A DNA stretch of 64,000 nucleotides from Rhodothermales bacterium (GCA_965222505.1 OZ244956.1:788581-852580); one strand, 5' to 3'. Shown: positions 1-9,583, counted from the first letter of the stretch. Program-made: numbers and translations. Notes: a model not told the origin generated them from the sequence alone.

Positions 1-1686
1 GAGGGGGAGGCTTTTGCCTTCAGCCTCTATGAATTTAGCATAGGAAAAGCCCTCATCAACCACCAGGGTCTCAACGACTGCTCCATGCAGGAATATTTCT
101 TCGAGTTCAGAAAAGCTCAGTCCAAACAGAAGCCGGCCACGAAGGTGTTGGGAGAGTTCTTTGCCCTTCGGCCCCGATTGCCCCAACTGGAACACCTCCT
201 CCCGCCCGAACACTTCAGCAAATTGCAAGGCGGCCAGTGCATTGACCTCATCATTCGGTGTCAAGGCCAGCAGCCGGCCAATGCCGCCGAGGTTAATGTC
301 ATCTGCGATGCCTTCTTCGAGCACATTGCCCTGTTCCGCCGGAAGTCCGGCGGCTCGGGCCTTCTTAATATGGTTACGGTTAGTATCCAGGAGCAAGACA
401 TCCACCTTGTTCGCTTTAAGCACCTGCCCCATCTCGATCACCCAGTCGGTTGCCCCCACCAGCAATAAGCCCTGCGGTTTTGCCTGTGCAATCCCCATGC
501 GCCGTGCCAATGGCCCCAGGGAGAGCCCGTATATCATCACCGTACCCACAATGACGAAAAAGATCACAGGGGCCAGGGCCGCAGCCTCTTGTGGAAAAAG
601 CTCTTCCAACCGAAAACCAAACAGGGATGCCACAGCAGCCGCAACGATTCCGCGAGGAGCCAACCAGGACAAAAATAGTTTTTCCTTCCGCGTTACGTTG
701 GTTCCTCGGGCCGAGATCCATACGGCAATGGGCCGCACCACCAGCATCAAGGAAACCAAAAAGAGTACCGTCCGAAAGTTGATGTATCGAATATCGGCCA
801 GGTCCAGCCGGGCACTGAGCAGGATAAACAGGATGCCAATTAGAAGTACCCCAATGTCTTCCTTAAACTTGGTGAGCCGGTGTACATCAATAATGTTCTG
901 GTTGGCCATGCCAATGCCCATCAGGGTCGTAGCCAGAAGACCGGTTTCATGCTGAAGCATATCGGCTACGGCAAACACCAGGACCACAATCATAAGGGCC
1001 ATTGCATTTTGCAAATACTCTGGAATGAGCCGGTACCGCAGCATGAGGATGAGCATGGCCCCCCCGGCCACCGCCGTTCCTACTCCAATCACAATCACCC
1101 GCAGCAACCCCTCCAGTTCATAACCAATGGTGGTGCCCACACTCCCTGAGGGTTCACTGAGCAGAATAACCCCTTCCAGCACCAGCACCGCCAACACGGC
1201 CCCAATGGGGTCAATGGTAATGCCTTCCCACCGGGCAATAGTACTGACCCGTCCGCGGGGCCGAATGTCCCGCAACAAGGGGATAACCACTGTTGGCCCC
1301 GTGACCGTCAAAATGGCCCCAATGACGGTGGCTACCTCCCACCCGAAGCCAATGATGTAATGCGCGGCCAACGTGGCCAGTACCCACGTTACCAAAACCC
1401 CGAGGGTAATCAGGTTGATGACGATTTTGCCCACTTCCCGAAAATCGTCCATACGCAGACTCAAGCCTCCCTCAAACAGAATGATACCGACCGAGAGCGA
1501 CACAATCGGAAACAGCACCGGCCCCAGAATCTGGTCTGGGTCCAGTAACCCCATCAATGGACCGGCCAAAAAGCCGAAACCGAGCAGGAGCAGAATGGAG
1601 GGAATGTTGAAGCGCCAGGCCAACCACTGTGCGCTCACGCCCAGGATCAGGATGCTGGCAATGCCAAAGAGTAACGATTCAGACAA
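1..1686 (-). CDS. nhaP: NhaP-type (CPA1) Na+/H+ antiporter with a C-terminal cytoplasmic regulatory region; 3' end runs off the window; probable TTG start near 1686
   Basis: Manual minus-strand translation gives an uninterrupted frame: ...IASILILGVSAQWLAWRFNIPSILLLLGFGFLAGPLMGLLDPDQILGPVLFPIVSLSVGIILFEGGLSL...TLMGIGMANQ...LLLDTNRNHIKKARAAGLPAEQGNVLEE... This is typical CPA1/NhaP transmembrane topology followed by a TrkA-like tail. It is absent from the ORF track because no stop falls inside the window. Confidence 0.75.
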   Translation of the reverse strand, partial: MSESLLFGIASILILGVSAQWLAWRFNIPSILLLLGFGFLAGPLMGLLDPDQILGPVLFPIVSLSVGIILFEGGLSLRMDDFREVGKIVINLITLGVLVTWVLATLAAHYIIGFGWEVATVIGAILTVTGPTVVIPLLRDIRPRGRVSTIARWEGITIDPIGAVLAVLVLEGVILLSEPSGSVGTTIGYELEGLLRVIVIGVGTAVAGGAMLILMLRYRLIPEYLQNAMALMIVVLVFAVADMLQHETGLLATTLMGIGMANQNIIDVHRLTKFKEDIGVLLIGILFILLSARLDLADIRYINFRTVLFLVSLMLVVRPIAVWISARGTNVTRKEKLFLSWLAPRGIVAAAVASLFGFRLEELFPQEAAALAPVIFFVIVGTVMIYGLSLGPLARRMGIAQAKPQGLLLVGATDWVIEMGQVLKANKVDVLLLDTNRNHIKKARAAGLPAEQGNVLEEGIADDINLGGIGRLLALTPNDEVNALAALQFAEVFGREEVFQLGQSGPKGKELSQHLRGRLLFGLSFSELEEIFLHGAVVETLVVDEGFSYAKFIEAEGKSLPL

Positions 1687-2327
1687 TGGAGATTAGGGTT
1701 TAGAGCGTAGTGACATAAATATTGAAGGATGGGATCGCTCGAAATGGGATTGCCGTGTCAGGGCCGTTGGCCCTTCCTCGCAATGACCACGTGTTTTGAA
1801 TGTCATTGTACTTAGGATGTAATGCAGAAGGGAATTAACATACTACAACCTTCTGGTATAGACAACCCTTGAAGGGAACAAGGGCCACCTCATCTTAAAG
1901 CTGGAACACTTTTTCCAAGTAGCTATTGCCCCATCGCCAATCAAAACCCCACATTCACCCCGGCCAACCGGGTCCGCCCTGGGGCTGGCATCACGCATCT
2001 GTGTTGCCGGTAAAATCCCCCGGCCCCGCGAAAGAGGGGCTGTCCTTTTCGATGTTTGGGCGCGGGTCCACCCCTTCAACCCCTGATTCGCATTTTAAGG
2101 AAACGTCTGTCAGATGGAGCCGCCAACTTGTCAACGCGAGCGTATGCAAGGTACGTCATTCCTTCAGACCATCTGCGCCAGGTTTTCAGCGGATACGCCA
2201 TCTTTTCGGAGACCGTACGCAAGCCTGGCAGAGTGCACGCCTTGGCATACCCCTTGATACCTAAGGGGTCAAAACACAACCGAATTTTTTCACCCTACCC
2301 TATCACAAACCTATTATTAACAGAGCC

Positions 2328-2762
2328 ATGACGAAATTAGCCCGTTATAACCCAAGCCGTGCCCTCTTCCACAGCGACTTTGACCGCTTCATCGAAAACT
2401 TCTTCCCCAATGTGGCCCATGCGGCCGGCGAAGCCACCCCGTGGCAACCCCGCGTTGAGTTGTCCGAAAACAAATCGGCCTACGTGGTTTCTGCCGACCT
2501 GCCGGGCATCGCCAAAGAAGACGTCACGATTAACTTTGAAAACAACGTCCTGACGATCAGCGGCGAGCGGGTGGAAGCGAAGGAAGATGAAGGTACCACC
2601 TACTTCCGTAGCGAGCGCGTCTACGGCAGCTTCTCGCGGTCATTCACCTTCCCCAAAGGCATTGATGTCAACAACATCCATGCGGCCTTTGAAAACGGTG
2701 TCCTGACGATTTCCATCCCAAAATCCAAAGAAGTCATGCCGCGCAAAATTGAAATCGCCTGA
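2328..2762 (+). CDS. Hsp20/alpha-crystallin small heat-shock protein
   Basis: 144 aa. Alpha-crystallin domain signature: ...TINFENNVLTISGER...AAFENGVLTISIPK. Confidence 0.9.
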   Translation: MTKLARYNPSRALFHSDFDRFIENFFPNVAHAAGEATPWQPRVELSENKSAYVVSADLPGIAKEDVTINFENNVLTISGERVEAKEDEGTTYFRSERVYGSFSRSFTFPKGIDVNNIHAAFENGVLTISIPKSKEVMPRKIEIA

Positions 2763-2823
2763 CGCAGCAGCAGGCAAACAGGGTGTAACCGCACCCTTTA
2801 TTGAGGCATCTCAACCTCTGCAG

Positions 2824-2866
2824 AACCAGGCGTGTGTGCTCCGGCGCACACGCCTGGTTTATTTAA
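2824..2866. terminator. Intrinsic terminator hairpin between convergent hsp20 and the esterase gene
   Basis: aaccaggcgtgtgtgc-tccg-gcgcacacgcctggtt (13-16 bp stem, one mismatch) followed by ttatttaaat. A/T-rich on both sides, so possibly bidirectional. Confidence 0.7.
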
Positions 2867-2875
2867 ATACACGCC

Positions 2876-3724
2876 CTAACGCCCATTTCTCAGGAAGAAT
2901 GCGCCTATGGTTTCGTTGGCATGCATGGGCCAGGTGTGGGTGCCCCCCTGGATGGCGTAGAGGTTAACCTCGGCAGCACAGTTGTTGAAAACCGAACGCT
3001 GAACGGAAAGATCGTCCTCCGGCTCGGCTACTTCGCGTGTGGGTGCGGCATCGCATCCATTCAGGTTGGCCCAGACGGCGACTGTTGAATCAATGGGCAG
3101 TCGTCCCCCCGCATTGGTACCAGCTCCGACCCAGGGAAAAGCCGGATCTTCCGTGCCGATCATTTGAATGAAAGCAACGGGTTGCTCCGGCGCGCACGTT
3201 TCGACCAACGCTGGCGTCATGGATGAGGCAACGGCTGCGATCCCCGCAAAGGTATTGGACAGGCTACATCCCATACGGTAGGCCATCCAGCCCCCCGCCG
3301 AAAACCCGAGCGCATACACCCGATTCGGGTCAATGTTAAAATCGGCGGAGACCTTGTTGACGGCTTTTCGCATAAAGTCTACATCATCGACACCCCGAAA
3401 ATCATCCTGGGTACAGGCACACCCCGGTGCCCAATCGTCCAGGCTGTTGGGATAGGCAATGAGTATGCCTTCCTGTTCTGCCAAATCATCCAACTTGGTT
3501 GACACCCGCATGCCGAGGCTGCTGCCTGGACTGCCATGAAAGGCCACCATCAACGGCGCAGGCGCAGCGGCCTGATAAGAGGCCGGGACGTACAACTCAA
3601 AGTTGCGTAACCTTCCATCAATGGAAAGCGTGATGTATAGCTCCTGCGGTTCCAGCTCAGGCGTAGCACTACATCCCAAACCCAATACCAAAAGTCCGGC
3701 AAGCATGTATCGGTGATACATCAT
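2876..3724 (-). CDS. Secreted esterase, PHB-depolymerase/feruloyl-esterase (alpha/beta hydrolase) family
   Basis: 282 aa; signal peptide plus a Cys close to the N-terminus (AGLLVLGLGCSATP); ...AFHGSPGSS..., ...LGFSAGGWMAY... (GxSxG nucleophile elbow), C-terminal His region. Confidence 0.65.
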   Translation of the reverse strand: MMYHRYMLAGLLVLGLGCSATPELEPQELYITLSIDGRLRNFELYVPASYQAAAPAPLMVAFHGSPGSSLGMRVSTKLDDLAEQEGILIAYPNSLDDWAPGCACTQDDFRGVDDVDFMRKAVNKVSADFNIDPNRVYALGFSAGGWMAYRMGCSLSNTFAGIAAVASSMTPALVETCAPEQPVAFIQMIGTEDPAFPWVGAGTNAGGRLPIDSTVAVWANLNGCDAAPTREVAEPEDDLSVQRSVFNNCAAEVNLYAIQGGTHTWPMHANETIGAFFLRNGR

Positions 3725-4089
3725 TCAAAAATACGTAAGGCATAGATCAACATAGACCTCCATAGTATCAACTCATTTCCTGAAATGAAAGGCATAGATC
3801 ATAGCCTTTTCATATTTCACCTCAGGCGCAAAGTCGACAGGTTTCGCGGGTTGCCACATTCCCATTCCGCTTGTATGAATCACATAGAACACTTGTCGGC
3901 TTTCCTGCCTGCACTTGTTATGTTTCTTTGAAGGATACCGCCACCAGATGTATGCGCTCCTCTACGTACTTGCTATACATCCTTGATTCACTTGTTCTTT
4001 CCCGAGCATTGGCCATTACTGCAATTCAGACTAATTATAAATTTAAGTCGATAAAAAACAAATGACTATCGAAACAGTTAAATAGACCA

Positions 4090-5574
4090 TTGAACTTCAC
4101 ACTTTTGCTTCCCGGTTCCTTTATGATGGCACCTGTTCCGGCCTACTGCCTGCCGCATTTTTCGGCCCTCCTTTTGTTCTTGCTGGCTTTAACACCCATT
4201 GCCTGTACGGACGCTCCAGCGCCTGATGCCGATGCCGCCAGCGAAACCCTTCCGCCATCAATTGCACCGTCTGCCTCTGCCGATGTGGTGTATGTTTCAT
4301 TAACCTCACAGCAAGCCGACGATCTGCGCATTGCAACCCGGACCGTGGAGACGCAACCCATTGCCTATCCAGTCGAGATTCCGGGTGAGGTGCACCCGGA
4401 CCCGGACCACTTTGCACGGGTCAGCGCGCCGATTGGGGGGCGCGTAACCCGGATTTATGCCCATGAAGGCGAGGCCGTCCGGCGCGGAGCGCCCCTGCTC
4501 ACGCTTGAAAGCCTGGAATATGCCAGTCTGGTGGCGGACTATCTACAGGCCCACGCGGAAACCCGTTTTCAACAACGCGATGTAGAACGGCTCCAGGTCC
4601 TCACCGAAAAGCGCATCGCACCCCAGAGTAAATTTGAACGCGCCCTCGCCGACCGGGATCGGGCGAAGGCCGCCGAGCAAGCCGCCCTGGCCCGCTTGCA
4701 AGCCCTTGGACTCCCGACCCAAACCATCGCTGCGTGGCAGTCTGATTCTACCGCCAACCAACGGCCTTTCCTGACGGTCTATGCCCCCATTTCCGGCAAA
4801 ATCGATGCCCACCTGATTGATCTCGGCCAGGCAGTATCCACCTACGAAGAACTTCTTACGCTGATAAACCCCGTCAAAGTCTTGATCAAAGGGTTTGCGG
4901 CACCGCAAGATGCGGGCCTGCTAAGCGTCGGTAGCCCGGTTACCGTCACCGGTGGCCCCGCCGGGGCCCAACTTGAAGCCCGAATCACCTCCATCAATCC
5001 GGCTATAGATGTTGAAAACCGGGCCGTTCCCCTGAATATCGAGACCACAACTGTGCAAAATTGGCCCGACCTCCAGCGGTTTAATCACACCCTGGATGCC
5101 GCCCAATTCGGCATTCGCGCGGCCCGCAGTTCCTTGATCCCCGGCTTGCAAGTAGAGGTCTTCCGTCAGGATTTTGGGACCGGCTATGACTTCTCCGGTT
5201 TTCAGGTTGGATTGAAGGTTCCGCTCTGGTGGCAAAACTACCGGGGCCGCCTCCGGTTGGCCCAGGCCGAATTTAACGCCGAACAGGCCCGGCGTGCTGC
5301 CGTACGGCTCACCGTCAACCAGGCGTTTGAAGAGGCCTGGCAACAGTACAAGACGAGCCACGCCAACATCGAACGGTATCAACAAATGGTGCAGGCCCAC
5401 TCGGACACCCTGCTCGCCCTTACACAGGAAGGCTATACCGCAGGCGAAGTGGATCTGATTACCCTGCTCGATACCCAGCGGACCTACCTTGCCAGCCGTC
5501 GGCGCTACGTCCGAACCTTACGGGATTACCTCAAGAGCCTGGCCACCCTGGAGCGTTTCAGACAAGTGCGTTGA
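4090..5574 (+). CDS. Chimeric efflux protein: N-terminal RND/HlyD-type periplasmic adaptor (MFP) fused to the C-terminal half of a TolC-like outer-membrane factor; possible deletion-fusion remnant (pseudogene)
   Basis: Lipoprotein-like N-terminus (LLALTPIAC). MFP lipoyl/beta-barrel segments (RVSAPIGGRVTRIYAHEGEAVRRGAPLLTLES; VYAPISGKIDAHLIDLGQAV). C-terminal 170 aa resemble the OMF second repeat (...VNQAFEEAWQQY...LLDTQRTYLASRRRYVRTLRDYLKSLATLE). Confidence 0.6.
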   Translation: MNFTLLLPGSFMMAPVPAYCLPHFSALLLFLLALTPIACTDAPAPDADAASETLPPSIAPSASADVVYVSLTSQQADDLRIATRTVETQPIAYPVEIPGEVHPDPDHFARVSAPIGGRVTRIYAHEGEAVRRGAPLLTLESLEYASLVADYLQAHAETRFQQRDVERLQVLTEKRIAPQSKFERALADRDRAKAAEQAALARLQALGLPTQTIAAWQSDSTANQRPFLTVYAPISGKIDAHLIDLGQAVSTYEELLTLINPVKVLIKGFAAPQDAGLLSVGSPVTVTGGPAGAQLEARITSINPAIDVENRAVPLNIETTTVQNWPDLQRFNHTLDAAQFGIRAARSSLIPGLQVEVFRQDFGTGYDFSGFQVGLKVPLWWQNYRGRLRLAQAEFNAEQARRAAVRLTVNQAFEEAWQQYKTSHANIERYQQMVQAHSDTLLALTQEGYTAGEVDLITLLDTQRTYLASRRRYVRTLRDYLKSLATLERFRQVR

Positions 5575-5586
5575 TCGAACCCCTTA

Positions 5587-5672
5587 GAGCCTATCCGAAG
5601 ACCTGCTTCGTAGGCCAGAGTACAACGGCACGATTAGTGCAGCCGTGCGAAGCCCGGATTGAGGTTCGGATA
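5587..5672. repeat. Long inverted repeat (16-bp perfect arms ttagagcctatccgaa / ttcggataggctctaa around a roughly 52-nt GC-rich spacer with an internal gcttcg...cgaagc repeat) between convergent genes
   Basis: Read directly from sequence. Candidate bidirectional terminator or REP-like element. Confidence 0.6.
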
Positions 5673-5676
5673 GGCT

Positions 5677-7797
5677 CTAAATGCCGAGCGTGCGTCCCCG
5701 TTTGAACCGACGGCGGATCTCGCCCAACACGGAAGGTTCACCGATGATGGTGACCCGATCATCCTGCTGAAGCATCGTATTGCCGCGCGGTACGATCATC
5801 TGATCTTCCCTTCGGATGATCGCGACGAGGCAATTTTCAGGCAGGGCAATGTCTTTCAGGGATTTGCCGATGAGTTCGGCCGTGGGGTCGTTGGGATTCA
5901 AGAAAAGCGTCAGGTAGCGGGCTCCACCCAGCAGCAACTCCTTGAGGTGTGCCGTATTCCCGGCCCGGAGCCAGCGTTCGAGGAAACGTTCTTCGTCCAT
6001 CCGATTGGCAAGCTGCGCCAACATCCTGAGGTGCTGCCTGTGATCGGCTTCAGGACTGACCAGCAAAAAGACCGCGTGGACGGACTCTTCGGTTTCTGGT
6101 GCCAGATCCGAAACAACATCCAGTCCTTCCCGTGATCGGATCAAGACCAGCCGGGGTTGCTTGATGCCACTGATATGAAAATGCGGCAGGGCTGCGCCGT
6201 GTGAGACCGGTGTGGTGCCTCTGCGGGTGCCCAGACGTTCCTTCACTTCTTCGGCAGTGATGGGAAGTTGCTCGGACACGGCATGGGCCGCACGATGCAA
6301 CACCTGTTCATAGGTCTCATTGGCCTCAGCCTCGATCACATGGGCCTTGGCAACCACTTCATCGAAAGGATCTTCTTGCCGTAAACCCTTTTCTTTCAGA
6401 ATGGTCCGAAACTCCCGGTCCAGACCTTCATATTGCGATTGCCCCAGCCGCTGGAACCAGTGGTAGATGGCCCCATCCCGGACCACATGCGCACGGGCAT
6501 AGCGGTAGTACCAGATCAGACAGAACAAGACCACGCCGATCGTAAACAGAATCGCCAGCCATCCCATATAGAATATCAGGACCAGAGAGATCAGAATACC
6601 GGCGATTTGCATCCACGGATACAAGGGCGAGCGATAGCCGGGGTCATAGGAGCCGATATGACTCTCCCGCATCACGATTACGGCCAGGTTGACCAGCATA
6701 AAGATGAACAACTGAAACGCACTGGCCAGTTTTGCAATGCCTTCTTCGTCCAGAATCAGGATAAACACGATCATCAGCGCCCCGGTGGCGAAGATCGACA
6801 GGGTCGGGGTGCGGAAACGCCCCAGGTTACTGAACGCTGCCGGCAGAAGCCGGTCCCGAGCCATAGCCAACGGATACCGTGATGCGGAAAGCACCCCGGC
6901 ATTGCCGGTGGATGCGAAGGCCGCCAGCGCAGCAACGACAATCAGCAGCAAACCCAGGGAATCGGGGAGCCAGTTGAAAAAGACCTGGGCTGCCGAAGCG
7001 ACCGGCGTAAGGTCTCCATGAAACGAGTCCGGATCAAGCACAGCCACCAGGATGAACACCCCGACGACGTAAATGATCGACGTGGAAACCAGAGAGAGGA
7101 TCATCCCGAGCGGGATGTTACGCTCCGGGTTTTCAACCTCCTCGGCCACGCTGGCTACTTTCGTCAACCCGGCATAGGAGACAAAGACAAAGCCGATGGT
7201 TGAAAGCAACCCTTCAAACCCCATTGGCATGAACGGGCTAAAACGAAAGCGGGTCAGGGCACGGGGTTGCTCGAAAACGATGGTGAACAGACCTTGCGCA
7301 ATGAAAAACGTCAGCACCGTAAGCAAGATGATGACCAGCCAGCGCTGCAAGCCACTCGTTTCCTTGGCCCCGACGACGTTGATGGCGACGAATGCCACCG
7401 TTAAGGCAATGGCCACCGGCTTGACGGGCAGTTCGATAAAAAACGAGGCATAGGCTCCGATGCCAATGAGGGCAAATGCTGTTTTGAGGGTAAGCGCCAG
7501 GTAGGTGCCAAGTCCGCCGATGGTCCCGAACATCGGGCCGAGACTCCGGTCGAGAAAATAGTACGTCCCTCCTGCCCGGGGCAGCGCCGTGCTCAATTCG
7601 GCCTTGCTAAACATGGCAGGCAGAATGAGAATCCCCGCAAACAGATAGGCCAACACCACGGCAGGCCCTGCTTTGGCTGCTGCCAGCCCCGGCAATAGAA
7701 AAAAGCCCGAACTGAACATCGCGCCAGTGCAAATGGCATAGACGTCGAAGAGATGTAATTCTTTCCTGAGGCGCTTGGCCTCCTTCAATTCAGGCAT
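5677..7797 (-). CDS. APC-family amino-acid permease fused to a PTS EIIA-2 (fructose/mannitol-type) domain and a TrkA_C/RCK_C domain
   Basis: 706 aa. 12-TM permease N-terminus. C-terminus has ...GAALPHFHISGIKQPRLVLIRS... (EIIA-2 phosphorylatable His region) and ...LKDIALPENCLVAIIRREDQMIVPRGNTMLQQDDRVTIIG... (RCK_C). Confidence 0.75.
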   Translation of the reverse strand: MPELKEAKRLRKELHLFDVYAICTGAMFSSGFFLLPGLAAAKAGPAVVLAYLFAGILILPAMFSKAELSTALPRAGGTYYFLDRSLGPMFGTIGGLGTYLALTLKTAFALIGIGAYASFFIELPVKPVAIALTVAFVAINVVGAKETSGLQRWLVIILLTVLTFFIAQGLFTIVFEQPRALTRFRFSPFMPMGFEGLLSTIGFVFVSYAGLTKVASVAEEVENPERNIPLGMILSLVSTSIIYVVGVFILVAVLDPDSFHGDLTPVASAAQVFFNWLPDSLGLLLIVVAALAAFASTGNAGVLSASRYPLAMARDRLLPAAFSNLGRFRTPTLSIFATGALMIVFILILDEEGIAKLASAFQLFIFMLVNLAVIVMRESHIGSYDPGYRSPLYPWMQIAGILISLVLIFYMGWLAILFTIGVVLFCLIWYYRYARAHVVRDGAIYHWFQRLGQSQYEGLDREFRTILKEKGLRQEDPFDEVVAKAHVIEAEANETYEQVLHRAAHAVSEQLPITAEEVKERLGTRRGTTPVSHGAALPHFHISGIKQPRLVLIRSREGLDVVSDLAPETEESVHAVFLLVSPEADHRQHLRMLAQLANRMDEERFLERWLRAGNTAHLKELLLGGARYLTLFLNPNDPTAELIGKSLKDIALPENCLVAIIRREDQMIVPRGNTMLQQDDRVTIIGEPSVLGEIRRRFKRGRTLGI

Positions 7798-7856
7798 GGC
7801 AACGAATGGGTCTGGAAAGCAGGATAACTTAAAACGAAAGCGCTGGTATGCCCCTG

Positions 7857-8813
7857 TTATGCCATCTTCCGAAGGGTTTCAAGCACACGGCGGACGGTAT
7901 CGGCGCGTTGCATGATATAGAAATGCAGGCAGGGTATGTTTGCGCTGAGCAATTCTTCACTCTGCTTGATGGCCCACTCGACACCAATGTCCCGTACGTA
8001 CTCTGGTTTGGCGGCTTCGACTTCGGCGGCGAGGGCTTCGGGAATGTCGATGTGGAACAAACGGGGCAGGGTTTCGAGTTGCCGCTTGGACGTCAAGATT
8101 TTGACCCCTGGAAGAATCGGGACCTCGATGCCGACAGACCGGCACTGATCGACAAACTCAAAGTAGTGGGTGTTGTCGAAGAGCATCTGGGTGACGATGT
8201 AGTGCGCGCCTGCATCAACCTTGCGCTTGACGTTCAGGATGTCCCAGGTCAGGTTTGGTGCTGCGAAGTGCTTTTCTGGATATCCGGCCACCCCGATGCA
8301 AAAATCCGTTGGCACAGCATCAATGAGTTCTTCGAGGAAGGTGCCCTGGTTCATGTCGTCGATTTGCTTGACGAGGTCCATGGCATAGGCATTGACACTC
8401 CGGTCCGGCCGCACGGGTTTTTCGAACCCGTGGTCATCCCCTTGCAGGGCCATCACGTTGTGGATGCCGAGGTAGTGCAACTCGATCAGGGCATCTTCGG
8501 TCTCTTCTCGCGTGAACCCTTTGCACAGCAGATGGGGCACGGCCTCAACGCCGAACCGGCTTTGAATGGCTGCGCAAAGGCCCAGGGTGCCGGGGCGTTT
8601 GCGTTTGACACGCCGGCGGATGCTGCCGTCCGGCATTTCCTCATACTGAACCTGGGCAGAATGACTGGTGACGTCGATGAACGGCGGTTCATACGGCATC
8701 AGGGCCTCAACCACATCCAGCACTTGTTGTACAGATCCCCCCCGTTTGGGCGGGATGATTTCATAGGAGATCAGGGGCTCAGTCGCCTTTGCAATACGCT
8801 CTACAACCTTCAA
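7857..8813 (-). CDS. metF: 5,10-methylenetetrahydrofolate reductase
   Basis: 318 aa; MetF family similarity throughout (e.g. ...SYEIIPPKRGG..., ...CIGVAGYPEKH...). Confidence 0.85.
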   Translation of the reverse strand: MKVVERIAKATEPLISYEIIPPKRGGSVQQVLDVVEALMPYEPPFIDVTSHSAQVQYEEMPDGSIRRRVKRKRPGTLGLCAAIQSRFGVEAVPHLLCKGFTREETEDALIELHYLGIHNVMALQGDDHGFEKPVRPDRSVNAYAMDLVKQIDDMNQGTFLEELIDAVPTDFCIGVAGYPEKHFAAPNLTWDILNVKRKVDAGAHYIVTQMLFDNTHYFEFVDQCRSVGIEVPILPGVKILTSKRQLETLPRLFHIDIPEALAAEVEAAKPEYVRDIGVEWAIKQSEELLSANIPCLHFYIMQRADTVRRVLETLRKMA

Positions 8814-8951
8814 AATCGCAAGGGTTTAGATTGGTTAACCATACCGTAAAAGGCACGTTTCTTTAATGAAACGGCTGAAGATACGACTTTCTTCTCAGAA
8901 GATTTCGGCGTATTCTCCGAACCGATATTCATCCAGCATATAACCAGGGGT

Positions 8952-9551
8952 ATGACAGGAATCTTTTTTAGTACAGCAAACGAGGCCGGCCCGTTCCTGA
9001 CCGGCTATTACCGGGGCCGGTTCGACGGCCTCTCTGAAGGGGAAAGCGCACAGGACGATCAGGTCTTGATTGCCCTGACGGGTGTGGGCAAAATCAAAGC
9101 CACCCTTCGTACGGAGCGGTTACTTCGGTCCAATACACTCACCCGGTTGATCCACATCGGCACCTGCACGGCGCTGGATTCGGAAACGGAAACCGGCACC
9201 CTCTTTGCTATTGAAAAAATCCTGGAAGGCGACCGCATCGAACTGGCTGCACCGGCCTACCCACGCATGCCATTGGCGACCCCATTTGATGGCCTTCCTA
9301 AAGCCACCCTCGTTACGCAGGATCATACCCTCAACACCGAAGAGCAAAGCTACTGGCAGCGTATTGCCACGGTTTCAGATACCGTTGGGTACCCCATTGC
9401 GTTTGTCGCAGCCACGTACGGCATCCCTTGCATCCAATTGAAAGTGGTAGCGGGCCATGCCGGAAAACAAGATACTAACCTTCGCCGCACCCTTGCCAGT
9501 GCGTATGAGAAAATGGCCGCATTTTTATTGGAGGAAGTTGTTAGTGGTTAG
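8952..9551 (+). CDS. PNP_UDP_1 (nucleoside phosphorylase) family protein, MTA/SAH nucleosidase-like or futalosine hydrolase-like
   Basis: 199 aa; ...VLIALTGVGKIKA... resembles the Pfs/MqnB glycine-rich motif. The length fits futalosine hydrolase better than Pfs. Confidence 0.45.
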   Translation: MTGIFFSTANEAGPFLTGYYRGRFDGLSEGESAQDDQVLIALTGVGKIKATLRTERLLRSNTLTRLIHIGTCTALDSETETGTLFAIEKILEGDRIELAAPAYPRMPLATPFDGLPKATLVTQDHTLNTEEQSYWQRIATVSDTVGYPIAFVAATYGIPCIQLKVVAGHAGKQDTNLRRTLASAYEKMAAFLLEEVVSG

Positions 9552-9583
9552 CCTGTCGTCCGCCGCTTCGCAGCGGTGCGGCT

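Noticed and set aside
85-955. Plus-strand ORFs 85..468 and 161..955 at the window start
   Set aside because: They are antisense to the uninterrupted NhaP antiporter frame on the minus strand, which has clear transporter sequence. The + frames look like translation noise.
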